The notes beneath the pieces were generated by a model that saw only the letters and a program-made list of their open reading frames with translations, ran no database searches and was not told where the DNA came from. 64,000 nucleotides of DNA from Geosiphon pyriformis uo1 (taxonomy: Eukaryota > Fungi > Glomeromycota): positions 2,003,511 through 2,067,510 of the forward strand of contig JAAOMT010000436.1 of assembly GCA_016748015.1 (NCBI GenBank), written 5' to 3'. Shown here piece after piece: positions 11,830 through 24,171 of the stretch; within the stretch, counting starts at the first letter, position 1; each line of letters begins with the position of its first letter. A program made the position numbers and the translations under genes.

Positions 11830-14060
11830 CTTGATAGGAGAGTTGTAATTCTTGAGTTTCCCAGTCTAATTTTGCATTGGCTTTTTGGAGCCAATTATTT
11901 CTGACAAGGGCTTGATATTGGGGCATATCCATTACAAGAACTTTGACTGGAATGGTGATTCCATCAAGAGTAAATAGAAAATTGTCAATTTCTCCTACTG
12001 GAGTCTTTTTTATGTCATCAGCAGTAACGATTACTGTTTGAGCTGATCAGTTAACATTTCTTTTTAACTGTTGCATTAACTGGTAGGTAATGATGCTTCC
12101 AGCGAATCTACTGTTTAAGATCAAGTGAATTGCCTTTCCTTTAACTTCTGCTTCAGTGTATATAGCAGTGATTGCTTTTTGTTTGTTAGCGGCTGCATTG
12201 CTAAGCAGGAATAGTGATTCATTTGCTTCGAATTCAAAAGGGAATATATCTGAAAGGTTGGCATTTTCAGCAATTCTGGCTGGTAGGATTGTGGTAGGAG
12301 TATAGGAAGGGTTTTGTTGTCATGCTGCAGCTCTATCTTTTGAGAGTGCAGTATGGTAAAAATCCTGTTCTTCAGATATTGTAAGATAGTTAGATTGAGT
12401 ATAATAATGGGTGGGTCTTGGCTGAGCTGGATTTCAGGGAACTAATTGGTTATTTGGGTTGATTTTGTTGTTGTTTGTTGCGAATCGGTTTTGTGATGCA
12501 AATTGGTTTTGTTGAACCAATTTTTGAGCAGGTACTTGGTAATGTTGAATGAGTTATCAATACTGTTATTGCATTGGCTGTAGAACAGGTTGATAGTAGT
12601 CGGTTTGATATTGCGGTCTTGGTAAATAGTAAGTTGGTGGTAGTGATAGTTGGTAATAAGATTGTTGTGGTGAAGGGTAATGTTGATTACTCCTGTTTTG
12701 TTGGTCTCGTTGTAGCTTTCTGCAATCTCTTTTTCAGTGGTCAAGAATTCCACAGTAATGGCAATTCTGAGGCTGGTTATTAGAGGATGATATGAAGTTG
12801 TTTTGATTTTGTCTTTGGGGTGGTTGATATCTTTGGGGTTGCTGTTGTTGTTGGTTGGTGAAATAGTTTTCAACTTTCTTTGTGAGTTGGTCAATTTTCT
12901 CTTCAGCTGCTGAGCTGGTCTCTCTAATGGTTAAGTTCACAAGTTTTGTATAATTGGCTTCTTCCATGGCCATTTCATATCTTTTTGCATGCTGAATGGC
13001 AGAGTTTAAATCTTCTGAGGCATGTGGACGAACTTTTTTAATCAGTTTATCTTTTAAACCAGTGATAAATTGATCCAAAATTTGAGCATCAGAATAATAA
13101 TTATTAGTTTCAAGTTGGCAAATTTGTCTGAGAAGTTTGTTGAATTTCTCAATATAAGTTATGACAGATTTGGAGAGTTCTTGTTTGATATTGCGAAAAT
13201 GATTTTGAAGTGTGATTGAGATGTTGTTATTGGTAAACTGTTCTAAGAAGGCAGTTTTGAAAGCTGTCTAGTCATTAAAAGGGGTGGTCAAGTTTTCGAA
13301 CTATTCACCTGCTGTTTCTTTGAGAAAGTAGGGAATTGTTCTTAACATTCTGGCAGCATTCCATTTATTTGCATCTCCAGTTTTAGTAACTTGGTCGAGC
13401 CATTCTTGGAAACTGGTCTTAATATCTTCTCCATTAAATTCAGGGATTTTTGTGATGTATGCTGTCATTTTATCTTCTTCGTTTTCACTGTCTATTGATT
13501 CTTTTTCAGATATTTCAGAGTCATTTTCTTTATTTGCTGCTGTCTCAGAGTGTTCACTTCAATTTTCAGCTAGAAAGTCAAGAAGATTGGAACTAGTTTA
13601 AAGGGATTCTTGTTGTCTGGTGGGACTTCTGAGTGATGTAAAATCTTCTAGTCTTGCAAATCAATTTAAGGGTGAATTAGGTGTTTGTGCTTGTGCAAGT
13701 GAAGCTGGAAAAGATGTGATAGTAAGTGGAAGTTTTGAACTGGTTCCTTGTTTAGATGTTTGTAAGTGTTTGGCAGTTGTTTTTGGTAGTATTGAAGTAT
13801 TTGGGGTGGTTTTTGAGTATTGCTTCAATTTTTGTTTGTCTTTGTTGCTTGTTTCTGTCTTTGATTCAAAATCAATAGAGTATTAAGACTGCACTAGATA
13901 TGTTTCTTCACAGTACTTGATAATGTTAAAATTAAGTTCTTGAAAGTAAGTGGCAAGTGTTTCACTGTTAAGGTCTTCAGTTCCCAACTGTGAATAGTGT
14001 ACTAAATTATTGTAAAAGTTGCTTCTAACTTCTGAGATATTGTAATTTCCAAAAAGATAA
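11830..14060 (-). pseudogene. gag (capsid-like domain, CCHC knuckle) and aspartic protease of element A
   Basis: EWLDQV..NKW..FKTAFLEQF, DQFITGL, CHYCGILDH(W)KRDC; protease LIL(N)S.FAGSI, decayed DSG. Confidence 0.85.
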
Positions 14061-14129
14061 NNNNNNNNNNNNNNNNNNNNNNNNNNNNNNNNNNNNNNNN
14101 NNNNNNNNNNNNNNNNNNNNNNNNNNNNN
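14061..14129. other. Assembly gap (69 N)
   Basis: Run of N covering the U5/PBS/gag start of element A. Confidence 1.
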
Positions 14130-14799
14130 AATGATTATTAAAAAAAAAAAAAAAAAAAAGAAAAAAAAAAGTAAAAGAAATAGAATTCTGTCAAGAGAAA
14201 CGTTTTCTATCCAGGTCTGAAGTCACTAACAGTTTATTGAAATTGGTAGCTAATCAATTTCAAAACGTTAGTTGTGTTAAGGGAATTTCAAGTGCAATAA
14301 TCAAAGGATTTGGTTTTTTGAATTATTTGATATTTATTTTTTTTTGTGTGTGTAGAAATGGTTCTAAGTAATAAATCTAAAGTAAGATACATTTTCTTGA
14401 AGAGAGAAGCTCTTCTTTTATACAACTTATTGTAACACTATTCTATGAACTTGAACTTTGTTCTTTTCTACAATTTCGCTGAATTAAAGATACATTTCGG
14501 TAAACTACAAGTTATTTCTGTGAACTATTAGATATTTCGGTAAACTGTTAATTATTTCGGCAAATTTCTACAAATTTTGGCAAACTTTTGAATGTTACAT
14601 ATTTTGGGGTATTGCATGATTGATTATTGCACTTAGGTTACATTTGTGTTATGTACAAATTAGATTATTAATTAAATGATAATTTTGAACATTTTGCTAA
14701 TGTAATAAGTAATAATTTGAAATGATAATATATGCTAATTAATAATAGGAATAAAAATAATTTCATGCTAAATAATATCTCTAATTTCGTTTGGTAACA
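14130..14799 (-). repeat. 5' LTR of element A (partial, runs into gap)
   Basis: Closely similar to ~4670-5337. Confidence 0.92.
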
Positions 14800-17700
14800 C
14801 CAAGAAAGTTATCATCTTATAAACAATGTCTCATATTGCATCCAGATCAGAGAATCTTTTAGACTTAACAAACTCTTCTGAAAACATAGCAGTATTGGCT
14901 GTCATAGCATTCTTAAACTCTTTCCATTTTGTCATATTAGCATTCTTAATGTTAAACTTCCAATAATCTTTATTTGTCTGTTTGCGCAGTGAGTTTAGCC
15001 ACACATCCAGCAATTCACCTAAACTCACAGAGACAGAAACCACTTTGTGATTGGTATTAAAATAGTCTTTAACACCAGCCACTCCACAATTTACTAATGC
15101 ATTAACCAAATTTGAAGACATAAACACATAATAAATTGTTTTAGCAACACTTCAAAAATTGTTTTATATTGGCACTTTTGCAAATAAACTCTCACTTAAA
15201 GAATTGATTAAATCCAAATCAAAGCACTTTTTAAAACTGGCATACCTGTAAGAACTGTCTTTATTAAAATCATCTCTCAAGACAACAAAAAAAGATTTAT
15301 TTACAGCTTTTACAATAAGAAAGTTAATCTTACCAGCCTAAAAAAAACAAATTGTCATAGAAGCACCAGCATAAAGCCTTAATATCAAGACAGAAAGTTC
15401 ATTTTTGAAAAGCAATTTAACTAAAAAAAGCCAATTCAGTACTTCAGACACCTTATATACATGACAAGCCAGAGAAGCATTCAAAATTATTGTCATTTCA
15501 GCACCAAAAAAACTCTTTTTCAATCCTGACAAAAAGATCTTTACACTATCAAATCTGTCTTTTATCCATGGTCTAGTACTAGATCTTAATTCATCTCTGT
15601 TATAATTGAAACTATATTCTCAGATTCTCTATACCAATAAACAATGTTTTTCTGCTTGGCAGAGACATTGATACTACAAACATTATATATAGCAAATTTT
15701 TATATAAAATTACTTATTAGAAGAAAATTTGGGGAAGTATACCACCAGCCAAAACCAAACTATCAAAGCATGTCAACAAACTTAGTACCAAAGCAGAGAG
15801 GCCTTCCAACATGTTTTTCAGTTTAACAACCTCAAAGGGGGCAAACAAAACCGAAACCATAGCAGTCTTATCACTAGTAAATTCATCTGAACTCGCTTTC
15901 ATCACTATATTGCTCACCTAATCCTGTGATAAGGGGGTTATTGGCAGCTGACATCCAGAACTAGACTGAGAAATTGTCAGCATGAATGAATCTAATCTTT
16001 TAGCCAACTGATCAATTTGTTCTATGAGGCTGACAAGATTGTTCTTAATGTTGATTAAACATAACTCCAAAACATTCACAATAAGTAAGAAAGATTTCAT
16101 CTCCAAAAAAGAACCAAAATTGACTGAACTATTACATGCAGAAAGGGAAGAGAAAGAAGACTCACCAACAATATTTGCCTACAAAGCACTACTAAAAGCC
16201 ACTGATCAAACAACTAGAGCTAAATACTTGGCATTATTACTAGAGGTTTTTGGTCTTTTTTCTTGTATATTGTTGATGTCTGTTTGTTGTAATATTCACA
16301 TTTTTCTAGAGATAGTTGAACTTTCAATAACTGAATTTATTTTCAAATTATCTCCTATAATTTGAACTGCTGGGCTTATAAGTGGAATAGCCAATTCTGT
16401 ACCAGTTACTTTATGTAGTTATGTTGTAGTAAATGTCAACTTTTTTTCAGGAATTGCTCATCTGGAAGCTCACTAAAAAATGTGTAATTACTTTACTGTA
16501 AAAATTAACTCTTTTACAGAAATTTTGTCTGTAGACTACCCTAATAATTATGATAAGAAAAGAAAAGAAATATAAAAAAAATATAAAAAAAATAGAATTT
16601 TGTTAAGAAAAACGTTTTCTATCCAGGTCTGAAGTCACTAACAGATTACTGAAATTGGTAGCTAATCAATTTCAAAATGTTAATTGTGTTGAGAGAATTT
16701 TAAGTGTAATAATCAAAGAATTTGGTTTTCAAATATTTAATTTTTATTTAAGATATGTAAAAAGTGATTTGTTCTAATTAAGATACCTAAAGTAAGATAC
16801 TATGATAAGATATAAGAAGATATATTTTCTTGAAGATAAAAGCTCTTCTTTTATATAACTTGTTATAGTACTAGTCTTTGAACTTGCACTTTTTTCTTTG
16901 CTCCAATTTTGGTGAACTAAAAATACATTTTGGTAAACTACAAGTTATTTCTATGAATTATTGATTATTTTAGCCAATTTTTCATTTATTTCGGCGAATT
17001 TTGACTATATTAAATGGTTCAGGATATTGTAATTTGATCATTTTAATTTCTATGGTACAAATTGGATTATTGATTGAGTAATAATATTTGATAATTTGGC
17101 TAATTAATAAGTGATAATCGAAATAATAATAATATATGCTAATTAATAATAGAAATTATAAGAATAATTTCATGCTAATTAATAGCTAAAATTCTACTGG
17201 TAACAGCATAAATAACAGCCAGTCTGCTTTTATCTGCATCTGAAAACATCTTCTGCAGCAAACTACCAGAAGAAAATTTCCCATTAGCTATACAGTTCAA
17301 AAATATATGGCCAGAGTTCTCATACTTAGTGCACTTGACAGATATTAAACAAAACCAGTGCAAATTGGCACTCCTTAAAACTGGCATAGTTTTTATGACA
17401 GTATTTAATAAGTCAGCAGAATCAAAACAGACAGTTGTACATCTGGTCTGAGCATAACTAACTAGATGACAGTTAATGGTACAAATTTTTCCATCTACTG
17501 AAATAATATAATCTTATATATTATAAGCATTAGTTCCAGTTGGTAAAGTATAAAGCAAAGTCTTATGTTAGTTTTTTGTGTCCCAAGAACTTTTGTCCAA
17601 ATCTGATCTAACAATTTATACCATATTCTTCTCAATCAAGATAGACCAATTAGCCATGACCAAATCAGCTTGATCTATCTAATTAAATTCCACAACAGCC

Positions 17701-18626
17701 TTCTGCCAAAGACCTACCAATTACATCTTGATTGACTTAATAACACCAAACTTGAATAGCACAGTGTACACAGCTTTAGCAGAAGTACCAATTGGAATTT
17801 CTTTTAAAACCACATCCTGATTTGAACACTCAGTGGATTTTTTAAGATTAGTGTTTACCATAATATTTACACTAGTAGTTTTTTTAGTGGCTTTTATTAA
17901 ACCCAATTCAGAGGTAAATGTTGTTCTGATAATTACTAAGAATTTTAAGGGGATAGATGTCTCCCCAAAATTATTGATTTCTGAAAATAATTTTCTGACT
18001 GTCACTAGTTTTTCTTGAGAAGATTTTCCAATTACCTTGTTTAAGCCAATATCCAAAGCAAAAGATTTTCTAACAGACACATTGACCTGATTTTTAAGTG
18101 GCAGAGGGAGAACCACAAAAGCATTCAAGAGAATATCATCATTATCAGCATTACCCAAAAAATTTATTTTACTCAATAGTGTATTCAAAGCCTTTTTTGT
18201 TACCAATCTTAAACCCTTTGGTGTTTGGTTGGAGTCACTTTTATTGAACAAACTCCTTTCACCATAATCCATATTGGTTTGTTCTACAAGACAGTTCTCT
18301 TTTATATTAACACTATTAAATTTTGTGGTATTATCAGCTTTAGACTCCTAAGAACTACCAACTGGTTTCTTAGACAAGATTATTTTAAAAATAGCATTAT
18401 CTCTCAGAACCCCACTTTTTTTCTTTTTTCTAGAGACAATATCTTTGCCAACAGTATTAATACCAGAGTCTTTGATAGACTTTTTTATCACAGCAATATT
18501 ATAGCTAATAGTAATCTTATAATTAAGCAAGAAAGGTTTGAATTTATCATACTGAATTGTAAAAAATTTCTTTTAAGAAAACTTTTGACTTTTTTTTGGG
18601 AATTTTGGACAAAGAAGAGAAAAAAG
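14800..18626 (-). mobile_element. LINE copy 1, 5' part (APE endonuclease, ORF1, 5' UTR), interrupted by a solo LTR
   Basis: APE remnants (TIYYVF, YFNTNH); ORF1 RKSFALDI, VVLKEIPIGT, CTKYENSGHIFLNC; 5' end matches copy 2 at ~47134. Confidence 0.88.
16235..17205 (-). repeat. Solo LTR (family A) in LINE ORF1
   Basis: T(A)TTAC...GTAACA ends; GCAT TSD at 16231-16234 and 17206-17209. Confidence 0.92.
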
Positions 18627-19309
18627 TTTTTTATATTTATAATTAATATAAATATTTCTAGTTTTTTTAATATAAATTTTTTTATATTTCTAATATTTTT
18701 TAACTTTTTATGTTTAATTTTTTTATAAATTAATTAAAACCAAAACAATAAATTTGGTAAAAATTTTTATAATGATATATTACAAAAAAATTGGTTATTT
18801 ATAACAAAAATGAAAATAATTTAATAAACAATAATAACTTAATATATGTAAATTCAGTAAAAATAATTTTATAAATTTAATAAAGTTATTAAGCTTTATA
18901 AAATATATGTTAATATAATTTAATGTTAAAAGTGCATAAGCTGCATTTATTATAAAAAATATATGTTAAATTACATTTAATAAAACATTTCAAAAAAAAC
19001 ATTTTATATTGAAATAATGAATATTTAAAAATAAAATAAAATATGCATTATAATTTTATCATATTAAAATAATATAGTTAAATTGATAAAAAAATGTTGA
19101 TTTAAAAATCAAACTTTTGTAACATAATATTCAGTTTATTTCAAAATTGCAAATGGTCAAAAATAGCTTCACGTTGAGAAATTCTATTTATTAAATAAGA
19201 GTAGGAAAATTTACTTGATCTTATTGAAAAAACAGAGGTCTTGATTTTGATAAATAAAAAGCTCAAATATTTGTAGATATTAAACAAGAAACCAACCAAA
19301 CCAAACCTT

Positions 19310-20256
19310 CTATTTGGGATTGGAACCATCGCTATTTGCGATGCGCTCCAATTCTTCAATTTTGACATCACCCAGAATGTCTTTATAAACTGTCATAAAA
19401 TCTTTTAAAACTCGATCTGCATCACCCTTCTCCTTGAATTGTTCTTGCAAGAAATCACGCAAATTTAGCCAAAACCTAGGTTCTTTAGCAATATAATTTC
19501 CAGTGGTTGAGAGATGAGGGTTTTTAATTTTTTCACTTGTTGCAGACAAGGAAGCTGGCTCAGAATTTGTAGGGATTTCTTGTGACTCAGTGAATGTTGT
19601 GGTGGTGATGATATCGGTGCTGGATTGTAAGGCTAATGGTGAAGAGACGGAGCCAGCTTTTTGGACAAGATGTATCAAGGTATCATTTTTGATTCCATAA
19701 TTGGCTAAAGTTTTGGTATCCATCAACCCTTTTCCCTTTAATATCAAACGTTGATTCGTCGGACTAATTTCAGCGAACGGATGAATTTTTTCTTTTAGTG
19801 TGAGAACGGTGTCATTGGGGCTCAATTGAATTGTGAAAGTACTACCCCCTTTCAAAGATTTTACTTTAACATTAATAAATTGACCTAGATTATAATAAAA
19901 ATATTAGATAGTCGGAAATATCTAAAATAATTAACAAAAATTTATCATAAGGCTACTACTAACCTTGTGCATTTTTAGTGTCCCTTGGTGAGTCAAAATC
20001 AACCGTGGATACTGAGCTTTTGTCTTTTGCTTTGGAAGTTTTAGAGAAACCTGGAGTCTGGAAATATATTTATAGTTTTACATATTCCAATCAATAAAAA
20101 ATTAAGTTGTACATTTTGAAGAAACAGTAGCACCTTAACGACGGGCCTTAGTCGAGTCTGTATAGGAGGTGAGAAATCTTGCGGATACTTGACCGCTCGA
20201 GAGCTTAAGGCTCCAAGAAACTGGGTCGCAAACGAAATTTCATCTGCTAAACTCAT
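19310..20256 (-). CDS. GET5: Ubiquitin-like GET-pathway protein Get5/Mdy2 (UBL4A-like); exons 20256-20134, 20057-19964, 19884-19310
   Basis: N-terminal EISFATQFL..KYPQDF (Get4-binding-like), UBL domain (TVLTLKEKI..QRLILKGK..LANYGI), C-terminal FWLNLRDFLQEQF; in-frame GT-AG introns. Confidence 0.8.
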
Positions 20257-20416
20257 AATCAGTTTGGGAAAGAATCAAGAAAGATGGGTCTTATCTTTCT
20301 GCAACGAAAATTGTCATCGACCCACGGTAGTAACAGAGATCTTAATCACATGATCCACAGATAACTAGAAACTAGTTGATAATCGATCTTATTTTCAAAA
20401 AGTAGAATAGGACAAC

Positions 20417-22774
20417 ATGTTTCTATTGAAACGTATTCCACAGCTTTCGAAAGCACCCAAGACCTTTCTCAACCATAAAACTTTCGCTCCTTCTTCAATA
20501 TATTCTACCCATTTCCGTGGAAAATGGGCATTATGTCATTCTCGAAAGCCACTGGCGCGACAGAACGATCCGCAAAAGACAAACTTAGCAATTCGAATCA
20601 GTACTTTAATAAAAAATTATCAGAAACGAAACATTCGATACTGTAGCGTATCTTTCAAAAGCTTCGAAAATAACTCTCTTCCAAATAAACCGGATATAGG
20701 TGAAACTGAAAATGATAAACCTATACTTACTGAATTGCACTATGGAAGAACACGGGTGTATACTACGCTTCCTCCAGCTTCAACACACTCACCTACAAGT
20801 TCCAAATCATCCCCAGCCACCTCATCCCCACCCTTATACTGGCAGTGGCAACCTCACACCTCTTCAGCAGGTATTCCGACTGTCCGAGGACCCGTGTCAA
20901 GTTTTATGGGGAGCATAAAACAAAGCCTTAGTGCCATGTTTCTACCGGTTGGGTAACTAAATGTTCGGCACGTTCATTCACACCGTGTCTCCTCTACCGT
21001 CTTTAAAGCGCGTTGATAAAGGAATCTTCATCTGATTCGAAAAAATTTCAACATTCATCATAGTTATCCAGAGACTGTGCATGAGTGTTATGCAAAGTTC
21101 CACATTTGGCTTGCTTTAGAAACTTTCATTGGGTCATCGGTGAGTTGATTAAGTTTCAATATTTGAGTTAGCAAGATTGTGGGTTCCCTATTAATTTAAT
21201 TTATATCTTGGTGAATTCTGTCTAGACAGGGGTTCTTTGTAGCCAAGCAATGCTGTCGTCTCTTGGATTAGGTCATGCAGAGGCTGCTGCTGGGGCGGTG
21301 GCGATTCAATGGTATTTCAGGATGGTTTTGGTATTTTGTCCCAGAAAATTTTAGGAATTGAATTTTCAGAATAAAAAAATTTAGGGTCCTTAAGGATGGA
21401 TTTGGTGAAATAGGAAAACTTTTTTTCATTAAAGGATTTGCCTACTCCTTCGACTCCCACCCAAAAACTTGGAAAATGGTATGTTAATATTAATTTTTTT
21501 AAATTCTTGATTAACCTTATTAATACCTATTGGATACGATTCAGATCAGTGAGATTTTTGCTATTACTGGATACTTTCTCCAATTGTGTACCTGTATAGC
21601 AAAACCTGCATATTTTTTACCCTTGGCTTCTTTGGGAAATGCATTCGAAAGCATTCAATACAGTATTTTTGGAGCAACGCATATGGCATTCATACGTAAT
21701 TTCGCAGTAAGTGACTATTCGATATAATCTTGTATGACATGATCACGAATTTTTGCTTATAAATTATTTTCTTAGCTTTCTGGAAATATAGGTGATATTG
21801 TAGCAAAGGATGACGCACAAATGTCCTTGGCACATTTGTTGGGGTAAATTATTTTGGCTTAGCCAATTTTGCGCTTGAAATCTGACTAAATTCATACCTC
21901 ACGCTCTGTTGATATTGGAAGCATGCTTTGCGGGGTTGGGTTGATCACAATTTCTCACGAACCTGCATTCCTATTTTCGTGTTTTGCGATTCTGGCGCCA
22001 CTCAATATGAGTGCAACAATAGCACTTTTGAACTCGGCGCAATTTGAGATACTAAACCAGGCAAAATTGTCATTAATTGCTCGTCAATATATTGACTGTG
22101 GAGAAGTGCCAACGATGGAGGAACTCAAAGATAGAGAAATCGGATTTGGCGAATGGATAAGGCCAAAAAAGAGCCCCATAGGGGTCAAAATAAGAATGGG
22201 AGTCCCTGCTTCAGATGCTTTCCGCGAAAGCGAACACGTACGACGATCTTTGAGTGTATTAGGGGTAGGTTGAAGACATTATTTGGTTTTAAATCCAGTT
22301 CTTGAGAATTTGTCACAAGCGCGTTAACTATGCACCTCCAATCATTTTTCGAATTATTTACTATCCAGAATGAAAATTATTTATTAAATTTTCAACCGAA
22401 TTCTAATATAATCGATATTTTGTACCATTCTGATACTGAATCCAATGATGTCATTAAATCAATTCTTCATTCACTCAAATTCCATGATCTTGTTCTTACG
22501 GCAAACCGATCAATCAATTCTCGGAGTATCGACGACGATACAATAGCGAAAGCGATGCAAGAAAGCCACTCTTGGACCAATCAAAAGTTTGGAAAATTTG
22601 TGGCTGAGTTAGATGATAAAGATTGGCAAAGTGATGTGGTGTTTTGGAAAGACAAGTGAGCACATTCTATTATACCTTTTTTTGAAAAGCATTATTTTAT
22701 CAAGCTTACACCTATTATTTTTCAGGGGGTTTCGCGTGCGATGGGAACGTACAAGAGATACTGATAAGTTATAG
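20417..22774 (+). CDS. RUS1-family (DUF647, RUSF1-like) protein, multi-exon, possible mitochondrial leader
   Basis: Spliced FLPVGYPETV..SQAMLSSLG..WVLKDGFGEIGKL..FDSHPKTW..GNIGDIVAK motifs; stop TAG at 22772-22774. Confidence 0.85.
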
Positions 22775-23189
22775 AAAAGAGACTAAGCGTTTCGATAGAA
22801 CGATAGAAAATTTTACATAAAATTATGTCAAAAACTTTGGCAAGAGGAATCTGTCCATTTAGCGAAGCTCAAACTACAGAAACACTAAACTTTTTTAATC
22901 AACAAAAAATATGGAAATTGGATGATTATACATATTATTCTTCATTTATAAATTTGATCTTAATTCATTAATATTAGTAAAGGCAAAAATGTTTCCAACC
23001 TTCTGAAATGCTAAATTAGAAAAATCGTATTATCTTGTGATATGGGGCGTGCTGCAACAAAACCAGATAAAGTGGATATTTATTCCATTACATTCATATT
23101 AAATTTACCGTAGGCGTCTTTGCAAAAAAAAACTCAACGCCACCTTCATGCCACCCACGTAATGAACTACCAACACCTTTCACATCTAT

Positions 23190-23712
23190 CTCTCTCTGAC
23201 AAGAACATTCGATACTCCAAGTTTGATCGTTCGATGATCGAAGATTCAACCTTGACTACATCTACTCCGGGGACCATAAATATAATGTTGAGAAGCCAAA
23301 CTAGATGAATTCGAAGTCGTTCGCTAAGATCACTGTGCCGCAGCTTCGTTCAGTCTCGCCTGTATTGCCGTACCACAAAGAGACTACCTGCCAGTATGGT
23401 CCACAGTAACATTTGATGGTGTACGGCGCTTTCAAAGGAAGTTTCCCGCCAGTATGGTCAGCGAAAACCTCATGAATGTGCATAGCAGTAGATGCTCACC
23501 AGTATGGTCCGCAGCATACATCCTGCTTGATTCGGTTTACAACCTAGTTGGATGTGAAATAGCTGGAGAGGATTAGCTGGCTATCTTAAAAGCATAACAT
23601 GTACGCAAAATCGGAGCGCGTAAAAAATTCTCCCTGTTTGTGGTTGTGAGGAGGGGAAATAGAGGAAAAAGATCTTCAGATTTTATCTTGTCTAGAGGAA
23701 TGACTGTTTTTT
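23190..23712 (+). ncRNA. Candidate structured non-coding RNA of unknown class with three CCAGUAUGGUC hairpins
   Basis: Nested complementary segments, three identical 11-mers at the tips of sequence-divergent stems, CpG retained, T6 run at the 3' end; no expression evidence. Confidence 0.55.
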
Positions 23713-24171
23713 ATGAGACGCAAATAAGCGACTTACAAGAACAATTACCGAAGAAAGAGAAGAGTGAGATAAAAGACAAAGACAAGAACTTTTAAATAGA
23801 ATAAAAAGAACTAGAGGAAGATTAAAAAAACTGCCCAAAAATTAGCCATGGAAAGTTTTATTAAAATAATTTATGCTCATGTGACGTCCAATGTTCATGT
23901 ATAAATTTCATAATGTTTTAATATATTATTAAAATTGAAAATAATTTAGTTTTTGGCCAAAAAATATATAATAATTCAAGTTCCCTCTTCAATTGACTAG
24001 ATTCTAATTTAAAACGCAAAACAAGAAACCTGCAACCTTTTCATGTAATGTACCCTGCACAATACGTCACATTAAAATTAACTTCAATACAGCTATTTTC
24101 GATAGAACCCTTTTTCTGGCTTGTTCAATTCTTGACTTCAAAGTATTAGCATATCTAGATCACTACTTACC

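Larger units (their letters stand above)
4355..14799 (-). mobile_element. Ty3/Gypsy LTR retrotransposon A, full length, decayed, inserted in LINE copy 1
   Basis: TG...CA termini; CCAA TSD at 4351-4354 and 14800-14803, whose removal restores the LINE frame; order gag-PR-RT-RH-IN. Confidence 0.93.

Noticed and set aside
23120-23483. Short ORFs 23120-23308 (+) and 23301-23483 (-) as genes
   Set aside because: About 60 aa with no recognisable motifs; the structure signal explains the region better
23391-23509. CRISPR-like array of 11-bp repeats
   Set aside because: Repeats too short, spacers unequal and self-pairing across repeats, eukaryotic context, no cas genes
23323-23581. U2-like GCTAAGATCA (23323) and U6-like GAGAGGATTAGC (23566)
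   Set aside because: No GUAGUA branch-pairing sequence, no ACAGAGA box, no canonical Sm site; probably chance or internal pairing
23190-23712. Telomerase RNA, RNase P/MRP, SRP RNA, IRE or rRNA fragment
   Set aside because: No CCCUAA template, no matching P4 halves, no SRP helix 8; loop is not CAGUGN; the AGUAUGGUC match to SSU rRNA helix 27 is only 9 nt. A divergent member of a known family cannot be excluded without cmscan
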